This document shows, in pieces, positions 12,901 to 24,200 of a DNA stretch of 64,000 nucleotides. The DNA lies in NCBI GenBank assembly GCA_009602735.1, contig WELA01002449.1, positions 121,818 through 185,817 of the forward strand. The letters run 5' to 3'. Origin of the DNA: Mesotaenium endlicherianum. Its lineage: Eukaryota. Position numbers and translations under genes: made by a program. The notes beneath the pieces are model-generated. The model was not told where the DNA came from and did not search any database. It saw only the letters and a program-made list of their open reading frames with translations. The stretch's first letter is position 1; each line of letters opens with the position of its first letter.

Positions 12901-15900
12901 TCTACTTTCCGCCTTGATCGTAGATAGACGCCCCCTGTCCGGGCTGAGCAGGTCTCGTTCACGCGCAGCAGCGGGGGATGTCCGTCACTCATGCCCTGCT
13001 GGGCTGCATGCGTGCACGCATGTGCAGCTACGAGGGGACCTTCCTGCATCCTCTGGAGCTCGTGTTCTACAAGACCAGCTACCACCAGGGCTCGGACCAC
13101 ATCATACGCGTCTACAGCAAGCGGCAGAGGAGAGGGCGCCACGTCCAAAGGCACTGGCAGTCGAGCATCCCCGCCTCCAGGCTCTGCCAGCAAGGCATGC
13201 CCGCGCACCTACCTCCATCTGCCTGTGCACAGTCTGTTTTGCACTCTGTCACGCCTTGGACAATCAAGCCTCTTGTTTATTATTCTCAAGCCAACGCATT
13301 CAAGTTCCAAAAGCAAATGGTACATGACAGCGTCCGAGCAACTCTCTCTCCGTCTCTCTCTCACTCTCTCCCTCTCCCTCTCCCTTATCCCCCTCTCCCC
13401 CCCCCCCNNNNNNNNNNNNNNNNNNNNNNNNNNNNNNNNNNNNNNNNNNNNNNNNNNNNNNNNNNNNNNNNNNNNNNNNNNNNNNNNNNNNNNNNNNNNN
13501 NNNNNNNNNNNNNNNNNNNNNNNNNNNNNNNNNNNNNNNNNNNNNNNNNNNNNNNNNNNNNNNNNNNNNNNNNNNNNNNNNNNNNNNNNNNNNNNNNNNN
13601 NNNNNNNNNNNNNNNNNNNNNNNNNNNNNNNNNNNNNNNNNNNNNNNNNNNNNNNNNNNNNNNNNNNNNNNNNNNNNNNNNNNNNNNNNNNNNNNNNNNN
13701 NNNNNNNNNNNNNNNNNNNNNNNNNNNNNNNNNNNNNNNNNNNNNNNNNNNNNNNNNNNNNNNNNNNNNNNNNNNNNNNNNNNNNNNNNNNNNNNNNNNN
13801 NNNNNNNNNNNNNNNNNNNNNNNNNNNNNNNNNNNNNNNNNNNNNNNNNNNNNNNNNNNNNNNNNNNNNNNNNNNNNNNNNNNNNNNNNNNNNNNNNNNN
13901 NNNNNNNNNNNNNNNNNNNNNNNNNNNNNNNNNNNNNNNNNNNNNNNNNNNNNNNNNNNNNNNNNNNNNNNNNNNNNNNNNNNNNNNNNNNNNNNNNNNN
14001 NNNNNNNNNNNNNNNNNNNNNNNNNNNNNNNNNNNNNNNNNNNNNNNNNNNNNNNNNNNNNNNNNNNNNNNNNNNNNNNNNNNNNNNNNNNNNNNNNNNN
14101 NNNNNNNNNNNNNNNNNNNNNNNNNNNNNNNNNNNNNNNNNNNNNNNNNNNNNNNNNNNNNNNNNNNNNNNNNNNNNNNNNNNNNCCTTTCCCTTCCGGG
14201 CCCTACATCCCCCCTGTACTCTGACAAGCGTCAGCTCATGCCTGCTTGAAGGACGACATGGTATCTGGGCAACCTTTATGCTCTCTTCATTTACCCTCAT
14301 TCTGTCCCTTTGTCTATTTTGAAGGGCTAAAAACCGCAAAAGAGGAGCCCTCGCAAAAAGTGCCGCAGCTGCCGCCAGGCCTGCGCATCGCCATAGTCAC
14401 CTCGGAGGACGCCACGAGCCCCACCGGTCAGTTTGTACAGGTGCTTGCAGAGGGCCTTGTGCAGCAGCACAATCTGAGCGTTAAGGTACAGGAGCCCACC
14501 ACCGCACCATTTGTCTCCTCCCCTCCTGCCCTCCCCTCCTCCGCACCCCCCCAAAGGAAAAATGTGGACTTAGCCCTTGCTGCAAGCTTATCATCCGTGT
14601 GTCTGATGGAATCCTCACGTTTTGCAGTGCCCTCCTGAAGGTCCAGCTCACCTGTTGTTAGGTAGTGGTTGTGCTTTTGCAGAATATGGGCACTAAAGCA
14701 TTAAATGACTCGTTTTTTCTGCCGCCTCTGAAGTCTGTCCCTTGACATCCCTCGACACCCGCCGCCTCGTGGTCGCCGCACCAGGTGTCCCAAGCTACTC
14801 GCCGTCAACGTCGCTGTGTCGTGGTTGCTGGGCCTCCCTTCAACCACCACCTGGCGCCGCACTGACCCATTAGAGCCCCGCACACATGTGTCTTTGGGGC
14901 GCGCAATTCTTTGCCAGGTGGTGGCGGGCCCGGCTCTGGGGAAGACGCATTCTATGGCGTTTGTGATGGGCGTGCGCGAGGCTCTCAAGTATGTGCTCTC
15001 TCTCTTCTCCCCTCCCTTCTGCGGCCCTTTCGGATCCCAATTGCCAGCCCTGGAGCCCAGGGGCGACTTTGAAATCTTTACGATACTTCCCTCCTCTCCT
15101 CCCCTCTCCTTTCCTTTCCTCTCCTCTCCTCTCCACTCCACACCATTCCCCTCTCCACTCCTGCTTCCAGATTTCCTGTTCTGGGTAACGTCGAGCCCCT
15201 AAACTGAGTGCCCAGGATTCATAGCAGGAGCATGTCGCATGCTCCCTCTGAAACTTCACGTGCTTGTGTATCCTCTACCCAACACCACAAGCCCGAGCCC
15301 CAAGCCCAGAACCCTAGCTCGAACCCCCCCCCCTGAGTGAATTCACGTGCTCTTTGCTCATGGGCCTTGGTGGGGCTCACCTCACCTTTTCCTTCTTTCT
15401 TGTGAACAGTAGCTGCCACACCATCTCCGAAGTAATGCTGTGGTGTGGGGTCTTTGGAAGCTTGTGAGCGACGATGTGCGGCAAGGGTTTGTTGAATGCC
15501 GTAAGCCCCCCCTTGCGTCAAGTACGTGACGGCAAATATCCACCTCTCTCTGCAGAACTCAGAAGCACGCCTGCGGCATGTGGGCAGGCACATTTGTTGG
15601 TTCCAGTAAGCCCCCCCCCTCACGTAGAATTTAGGAGTGCAGGTCAGCAGCATATTAAACTGGTGCGGGGAGCGGTGGGCCTGACCTGGTGCGCTGCGCT
15701 GCTGCCCGCAGGCTGGCAGGAGTTGCCGCAGGGAGGACGCGCATGGTGCTGGTGGTGATGGACGGGGAGGCGGAGGAGTTTGCGAAGCTGGAGGGCAGCG
15801 ACCTCGACTTCCACATCAGCCGCTTCGTCTTCACCTCCAAGCAGATCTACGTAAGGTGTCGTCGCACTTTTGCGCTGAAGAGCCAGTCGCTGCACTACTC

Positions 15901-17233
15901 AACTTCTGTTGGGATGCCATGCATGCTGTCGCGCACTCCTCCAGGCGTATATGTGTTCCCCCCTTTTCTGCTGGATATAGTTGCTGCAGTCCTTCTGTCG
16001 GGAAGTATGTGCAGACTCCTGTTATGTTGAACATACGTTACGCTTCTGCGGAGGCGCGTTACCCTTGGAGTTGTCACGTGTGCACTCCTGTTGGAGACGT
16101 GTTACGCCTCGCACCTCTGCTGGCAATGAAGTGCACGCGTCTAGTGCTGGTTGGGCTTCGTCGGGGATGTATACTGCATATTTCAGAGCAGCAGTGCTGC
16201 TATCGCGATGTGCTGGCTGTCGCCTGCTTCACACGCCGACGGCCCCGGTCTTTGTCGAGCGAGTTAGAGTCACGCTTGCCCCCCCTCCTGCAGTAGCTTG
16301 TGCTGCTCGCCGGACTGCAGTGCAGCCAATACTGTGGCTGGCAGGCGTTGTCCTGATGAGGAATTGTGCCCTCCTGTGGGGTGCATGTGCGTCCTTGAGT
16401 GAGCAGTGCCAGTGCCAGCTAGTGCTCGCCCAACACCTCGGGAGCATCATCCCGCTCCCTACGTCCCTACGGACGCTCTTTTCACTGGGCCCCCGGCCCA
16501 AGATATACGACACAACGCTGAGCGAGATGGTCAGTATATCCCATACCCTCAAGCACCCGCACACATACGCACACACACTCACACGCACATGCACACGCAC
16601 ACAAAATTACCCACACGCGGACGCACACGCAAACACACTCTCACACATGCACACGCACACACACGTGTACATCTTTGTATATATATGTATATATATAAGG
16701 TATAAATGTAAGGCATATATAAGGTATATATGTACATGTCTGAATACATCTTCTGTTGCCCTTTGGCAATATGTGAAGAAGGTGGTTGCAGGCCTGCCTT
16801 GCCTATTCCTGCCTTACAGTTCTTTCCTAGCGTATAAGCCGCCTCTATAAGCATGCCTAGGGAAATTGGAGGACAGGAGAGACTGTGCGCAACGGGGCTC
16901 CGGTCGTCATCATCATAAATTTTTTTGTCATTGTCTGTGCCATGCCTGTTCCTGCTCCTGCTCGAGCTGCCTCACAGTTCTTCCCCAGACCAGTACTACT
17001 GGCCTTACCTAAGTGCCTGAGGACAGTAGAGAAGGAAAAGAGAGCGTGCGCAACAGGGTTATGGTGGGCGACATCATCATCGTCACCAAAATTGTTACCA
17101 TCCGTTCACTCTCTGCATGCCGGCCTCTCGTGCCTCCTTGCTTCGTCTGCAGGTGAACGCGTACGCGAGGCTTGCGGAAGCTTCCAAAATCCGCAGCTTC
17201 TGGCTCGCTCAACAGCCCCGGGAGGTATGCTAA
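9908..17233 (+). CDS. Type-II membrane, putative glycosyltransferase-like protein (conserved hypothetical domain plus possible Rossmann-like C-terminal region)
   Basis: Exons 9908-10276, 10410-10681, 10986-11087, 11348-11468, 12617-12720, 13028-13194 (GC donor, tentative), 14325-14485, 14918-14988, 15712-15850, 17153-17233; phases join. N-terminal hydrophobic anchor LIQILVCASIVLLLSCLGII, then motifs YLFYE..NLNYFL, YIIVING, ENTCFDLG, YFIIINASVRGPF, VKLVG.SANC..PHVQTMFIATD, HPLELVFYKT. Exons after the 13408-14185 gap are less certain and extra exons may lie in the gap. Confidence 0.75.
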
Positions 17234-20074
17234 GGCGCGTGTGAGTACATACGCAGACCTGTTCTGGCATCCACGCAACCGTGGGGCCTGAGCAGGCCAA
17301 GTTCAAAAAAGGCGAGGTGGGCAGCCAGGGTTGCACAGCTCCTCTTAAAACAGGTTATGCAGTTGGGTATCATGATAGGTCTAGGTATTGTTTCGGGTAT
17401 ACGATCGCTTCTAATTCCTCCAATGCTCTTTATTCAAATAGTTAAAACTGCCTGCCAGCCTCTGCTGCCTGCGCGCACCTATTTATAGTACTAGCAAATG
17501 ACTTGTCTAGCACATAGTACAACCAATCAATTGAAGGATGCCAATAAGCAGCAGCCAGTATTTGTTTACATCTCATTTATTACAGTTGAGGACTAAGCAA
17601 AGAGTTTAGTTGTAGAAGACGTAAGAAGTCACAAGCTGTATTGGACAAAAGTATCCAGCCATAAGCCTGTAAAGTATTTGTGAGCGCTCAACCAATGTCA
17701 TACAGCAATTGAGCTCATGACTAGGCTTCCCACAACACCTCTTGTATATATCCATGCTTGACATAGCAGGTTCAGAATGACATACATGTAATTTTGTTGC
17801 TTTTTGGTTACTTCGCCTTGTGTTACAGCACTACCCATGCATGGGGGGGGAACTTCCATGTCCATTTTGGGGATTTATAATGCAGAATCAAAACTCAGGG
17901 TTGCTACAATTATTCATGGTCTGGGTGCGCACCACTGGAATTAATGGAGGTTTAATCATAAAGTGATTCATTGGCATACAGCAAAAACAAATTATACCAC
18001 CAACTTAATCTCTTAAGAGGGTACGAAGGGCACCAAACTTAGGTGAAGAACAACTCTTCTTCACAAACAAATACTCAGAAGTCATTTGCAGGTTGCTTCC
18101 CACAACAGCAAGCAATGAGCAATGGTACCTTCAACAGCGCACATGATTGAAAAGCTACACAGGGCTTTGCAGTCTGTACCCCACACATTGCCAGCAATTT
18201 GGTACCATGAAGGTGCACCTTACAGGCCATCATCTTCATCGAGCATATAACCATCTTTGGAGAAGCATCTATCTACAAAGCGATGCGAGAGTACAGGACA
18301 GTGCATGAAAAGAGAAAAATTATGAAAGAACAATATAATCTTAGGCTCCTTGCAAGTTTGACTACCAAGTAAAAGGGTCAATCACCAGGTGTAGGGACAT
18401 CCTGTAATGGTGATAGCCACCGAATCCTACCATCAAGGTTGTACCACCACCTTTAATAGGGCTAAGTACACCGCCACCTCACTTGCTAGTCTGTGTTGTT
18501 ACTCAACTGTAGTGCCAAGTCAGCAAAACAGAGTCATCCTAGAGGGTCCTTGGACAGCATCTTCCAGAAGCCAGGACACCCTCAGCATCAATAGGCCTGT
18601 AAAGATACCTGCAAACAACAAAGGGGACAGACAGGAACATAAGATACTGTAGCACTTGGAGTTCATGATAGCATGTCATGGATACTTGAAATGAAGGTGC
18701 ATTTAGATTGGTTACACAAGAATCAATATTTACTTTGCCTTGGGGGGGCATGACCATGTAGCATCAGTTCTCCAAGGTTAGACATCACAAAGAGTCAGTT
18801 GCAAATTACCCATAAGTAAAGTCTCATCACATGCTACATGAGTACGTGCCCCCCTCTTGACTTGGTTTCAATGCCACCTTATCTGGCGCAGGTGCAGACC
18901 AAAGATTCACATGACAACTAAACACAGAAGAGACAACAAGCTACGAGCACTCAGTATGAGTAGGAGGTTATCTTCGTCATTGGACATGCCTCGTCAAAGT
19001 TTATCTTCACAGTGCTCCCATCCCCTATTTAGTAAAGATCCTGTTGAATTCACAGGTCTGACATACCTACATCCTAGTCCAGTATCCAGCTAGCATCTGG
19101 TAGGACCACAATACACGTCGTGAACATCACAGTCTGATGGGAGGCAGCTCAGTACCACAGCTAAGGTTATAATTGATCCTCACTGATACATAAGCATCAA
19201 CTAGGATATTTTATCTAATACCATTCTCATCATTGCTGCCTCCACATTACGTTCAGTCTTCGATAATACTACTTCTTGAGGACTGATTGAGTATCACCCT
19301 TAGAAAAGATGCTGCTCCCTGACAACCAAATAACACGCAGATGACAGGAGTCACCCTCACCTCACCCCACTGATGCTTATGACAACCAGAGATCTCCATA
19401 AAGGAAAGGAGTTTTACCTTGATAGAGACAAAAAAGCTGGAAAACGTTACATGGAACCAGCAGAGCTTCACAGAGGTGCTAGCCTCCAGTCCAACAAGCC
19501 CTAAGAATGTGCTGTATCTTGGGCTCCACACCAAATGTCCTGGCAGGAATGACAGGAGAGTAAAATCAGAAGCAGATACACATCTGTGTAATCTCAAATA
19601 AATAGCTTATATGCTTGCGGGTATCGCTTTGCTAACAACGCAACTTCAAGGACCAAGTAGATGATCTGCAAGATTTATCTGTAGGCTCCTGACATGGAGG
19701 TGTCGAATCCCCAAGCTCAGAGGTGAGGCAGGTATGACATGCAGCCTGCTCCTGAGGAGAAACCTTATGGTATACTGTGGGCAACAGGGAACGAGAGACG
19801 AACGACCATGATGACCCACCCCGTAAGGAATAGGCCAGCATGCAATCGCCTCCAACAAAGCTGCCTCCATGTGCGTCACAGCGAATTTATCATAAATCAT
19901 GCTATTCAATATGCAATATCAAACATCAGACACAGCCTTCAGGACATGAAATCTCACCATTTTGCGCTTCAGATCACATCACCCCCCAGAGAAGGGCATG
20001 CTCCAGGAGCACCGGGATGGGTGAGAAGAATGCAGCCTGACTTCAAGCACAAGTGCTTCTCGTGCAGTTTGAAG

Positions 20075-20559
20075 TCAGGAGATTTTGTCGTATGCTTCAA
20101 TGTTTTGGGGCTCGCACGCAGGCTCCCAGAGACGAATGTAAGAACCACTCAATGCCCCCATGGCCACTGCCCCAACTGATGTCCACCTCAACACCCTCGG
20201 TCTGGTTGTTCTGGCACCTGCGGGAAATGACATTGTGGGGAGAAGTCAAATCACTGTGCATTCAAGCTCAAGATTACCGGAGCAAAACATTACAGAGAAA
20301 CGAATGACCTGGCACTCCAATAGGGGGCAAAATAGACATCTCGCAATACATTGTATAAAAGAGATAAACATCTCACAAAACCTCGCTCAGAGGCAGCTAA
20401 CATATACTCACTGTAGTGAAGGTAGCATAGAGGCCAAGCTATGAAGCCGCCGAAGACAGCACCAAGTCCCGTGAAGGCCTTCAGGTACATCGAGCAAGGC
20501 ATGGCGTCATCCCGCATGATGTCGCCGCTCGAGACCCCAAAAGGACCTCTTAATGCCAT
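20075..20559 (-). CDS. Small 96-aa protein with two predicted TM segments, unknown function
   Basis: Exon 20559-20412 (donor A|GTGAGT), intron 20411-20218 (acceptor CCCGCAG), exon 20217-20075 ending TGA. Product: MALRGPFGVSSGDIMRDDAMPCSMYLKAFTGLGAVFGGFIAWPLCYLHYSARTTRPRVLRWTSVGAVAMGALSGSYIRLWEPACEPQNIEAYDKIS. Confidence 0.6.
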
Positions 20560-21235
20560 AGCGGACCTAGGGCACACACCACGAAATTGGCCGATTACAT
20601 ACAACACTACCCTGCGCCACCATAGGTTCTGCCAGTGTCTTGGACGCGGCAGCAAAGATAACATGAGGAAGCTGTAGCACTGCTTATATTCGGGGCCCGG
20701 GCTTGCCTACCAAGTTGCCTCCTCTTTCCGATCGACAAACCTTTGACATACATGTCGACAGGATTCTGTAGACGGCCAGGATTGAGGGATGACGACGACA
20801 AAAAAAAACGAGAGGACAATTTTCCAATTTGTTCCAAATTATATCAGAAGCATTGCAACGAGAATGTCAAATGTTGATCCGTCCTAATTTTCCTCAGACC
20901 TACCGGTTCGCGAAAAGCGTACGCAAATTATTTCATGGCGATCAATCGTTCTCCCCCTTTAAGAAGCCGAGTTGAACGTCGTGTATCTGCAGGCAATTCA
21001 GGAAGATATAAGCTTCGCGCGTACGAGGTTAGACTAAGCTTTTATGGACATAATGCTCTGGGAAGCTTCCGAGCTAGTTATGCTCCTGCTGCAGCACATT
21101 GTAGGAAGAATGAGAACAGTAGAAGGTGCAGATTGGGTCATTTCAGAATGTGTGAGGCACTTCCATCAATAAAGCACGCATAACTCACTCGTTGATGTCA
21201 AGCAGCATGTAGTCTAAGACCATATCTTTTTGGAG

Positions 21236-24200
21236 ATGGCCGAGGATGAGTGTTGGTCCTCATTGCGTGAGAGGTGGCTGTACATTTCCCAAAGCTGTGC
21301 AAAACAGACTGCACTCTTTGTGCCTCAGCCTCGAGGTGTTGGAACTCAGGGTGCTGATGTAAATGAGGCCAGGGGTCGAGGCATACATTTATCTTCCGTA
21401 CAGGCCGACTATTGTGGAAACAGACCAGGCACAGGCTTCAATGGCGACAGCACATTACCCAACTCTTGTGCAGGCAGTGCCGATGATGTTTATTCTTATG
21501 CGGAGATTGCCTGTGCCGTACAGGCTCTGAGCGCCACCCTCGAGCACATTGCTGAGTCAAACTTGGAGGAACATCCCGTCCCAAGACATCCCTGCGTCGA
21601 AAGAGCAGTGGAGAAAGCAACCCATGAGCAACCTCTCATGCACATAGGGCTGTACCTTCCACCATCTGCAGAATACGTAATGTCCCTCTTGGCCTGCATC
21701 TCCGCAGGGGTTGTCTTCGTGCCTCTAGACACCAGCTGGCCTGCCCGGAGATGCAGGGCAGTTCTAGATGCCGCTGATCTTGTGGCCATCGTCTGCTCAG
21801 CCCAAACTGCCGAGCTTGCCCGTGCTTGGCTGCCCAGCAGCGGTGCAGAGGCCAGACCTACACAGCTTGTGGGAAGCCGTTCATACTGCAGCTCCTGCGA
21901 GAACTACCCCAGCCCCTCCGGGGAGGTCAAATCTCTCCCCAAAAAGAGCGACTACCCGGCTCTCACTCCCGCCTCGCAGCAGCACGAGGCTTTGCAGCAT
22001 GCGACACCTGTCCGTTCCGTCACCTGCAGCTCCCCTGCGAAGGGCCCCTCCGTGGAGATTAACCTGCTCACAGCCGAGATCGACCATCTGCCTCTGGCTT
22101 TGCAGGACGAGGCTTTGCAGCAGCACGCGACGTCTGTCCGGCCCCCCATCATGATAGAGCTATCGCAGAGCTACATCACGCAAGCCGTCAAGCGCAGCTC
22201 CCAGCAACTGGCACGTGGCGGGAGGGGGGCTCCGGGCTGCGGGGATTTGCAGGGAGATGAGCAAGCAGCCGAAGGCAGGGGCGGAGCTGGCTCCGGAGCA
22301 GGAGCCGGGGCCGGGGGGGAAGGGGGAGAGCCCGAGGGTGAGCGAGACCCGAGTAGCAGGGCCTCTGCGGGCAGCGGCGGCCATAGCCATGGCTGTGGGT
22401 GTGGCTATGGCTATGTCCTCTTCACGTCCGGCTCGACGGGGCGGCCTCGGGGTGTGCTCGGCACGTTACCAGGTCACCATCCCCCTCTCTTCTTTCTCAC
22501 TCCCTCTCTCCTTCTGCACTCGTTTCCTTGAGCTTGTGCCAGCTGTCGCCAGCTCCGACCAGCGCATCCCTTCCGACGCTGTACTGCAAAAGAGGAAGCC
22601 GGCGAGGGGCGCAGACGTGGTGCTGCCGCGGCCACCGGTGTAGCATCTGTCTGGCGCTTGCGCTGGAAAGGTGTTTGGGGGGCCAGAAAATTGGCCCGGG
22701 TGGGGGGGCTGGAGAAGGGCGGGGGNNNNNNNNNNNNNNNNNNNNNNNNNNNNNNNNNNNNNNNNNNNNNNNNNNNNNNNNNNNNNNNNNNNNNNNNNNN
22801 NNNNNNNNNNNNNNNNNNNNNNNNNNNNNNNNNNNNNNNNNNNNNNNNNNNNNNNNNNNNNNNNNNNNNNNNNNNNNNNNNNNNNNNNNNNNNNNNNNNN
22901 NNNNNNNNNNNNNNNNNNNNNNNNNNNNNNNNNNNNNNNNNNNNNNNNNNNNNNNNNNNNNNNNNNNNNNNNNNNNNNNNNNNNNNNNNNNNNNNNNNNN
23001 NNNNNNNNNNNNNNNNNNNNNNNNNNNNNNNNNNNNNCTGGAGAAGGGCGGGGGGGCGGGAAGAGGGTGTGGGGGTGGGGACGTTCATCGCTGCAAAACA
23101 TTTGCAAGCGGCTGCTGCTGGTGCTGCTGCCCCTGCTCCTGCTCCTGCTCCTGCTCCTCCTCCTCCTCCTGCTGCTGCTGCTGCTGCTGCTCCATGCTGC
23201 TCTGGAATGAGAGAACTCCGCTCTCCTCTTGCCTCTGTGGGCGGGCCCATGCGCCTGCGCCGGTGGGAAAGGTGTTGGGCCCTCCGCGAACGGTTGTGCT
23301 TGCTTGTTTGCGAGCCAGTTTGTGCGCATGCAATCCCAACTTTCGAGCGTGCGCCCCGAGAGGCGTGGCTGTCCACCTCAGCCTCCACGCGCCGTGAACT
23401 CAGCATTGCGCAGAGCAGCATCTCCGGCAAATCCGACACATTGGGCACATTGGGCACATTCGGCTCCATTAAGAACGCCATTTTTCGCACATTCAGCTCC
23501 ACCAGACATTTCGCAGGCGCGTTCAGCACGTGGCCACTGGGGGGGGCGACAAGCCGTCCTCTTTCTCTCTGGTTGCTTCTGGACGAGGTTGTGCGAGACG
23601 GCACGTCGTGGCGTGGACTACTGCAAATGTGCCTTCCCTTCTGCCCTCCACACCCTAGACCTCCACTAGAGCAGCCCTCCCCCTCCTGTGCACACTGCAG
23701 GAGCTACCGTGCCTTGTGGAAAGACGTGCATCCGGAGGGGGGGCGGGGGGAGAGGGGGANNNNNNNNNNNNNNNNNNNNNNNNNNNNNNNNNNNNNNNNN
23801 NNNNNNNNNNNNNNNNNNNNNNNNNNNNNNNNNNNNNNNNNNNNNNNNNNNNNNNNNNNNNNNNNNNNNNNNNNNNNNNNNNNNNNNNNNNNNNNNNNNN
23901 NNNNNNNNNNNNNNNNNNNNNNNNNNNNNNNNNNNNNNNNNNNNNNNNNNNNNNNNNNNNNNNNNNNNNNNNNNNNNNNNNNNNNNNNNNNNNNNNNNNN
24001 NNNNNNNNNNNNNNNNNNNNNNNNNNNNNNNNNNNNNNNNNNNNNNNNNNNNNNNNNNNNNNNNNNNNNNNNNNTACCCCAAACCCTAATCCTGAACCCT
24101 GGAGCCTCAAGCATTTCCCCGCATTGACAGAAGCTATGCCTTGGAAAAGTGGGTTCTTGTTTTTCTGGGGGAAGGGGGGGGGGGGATGGGTGTGTGTCGC

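Noticed and set aside
14785..14865. Alternative acceptor at 14784 for the glycosyltransferase-like gene
   Set aside because: Runs into an in-frame TGA; the acceptor at 14917 keeps the frame.
17300..19900. Possible extra minus-strand exons (e.g. near 18225-18290, 18520-18608, 19632-19861)
   Set aside because: Splice-like sites exist but I could not build a consistent frame or recognise a protein; may be UTR or intergenic.
22709..23056. CTGGAGAAGGGCGGGGG on both sides of gap 22726-23037 as a direct repeat or TSD
   Set aside because: More likely overlapping contig ends or a collapsed tandem repeat.
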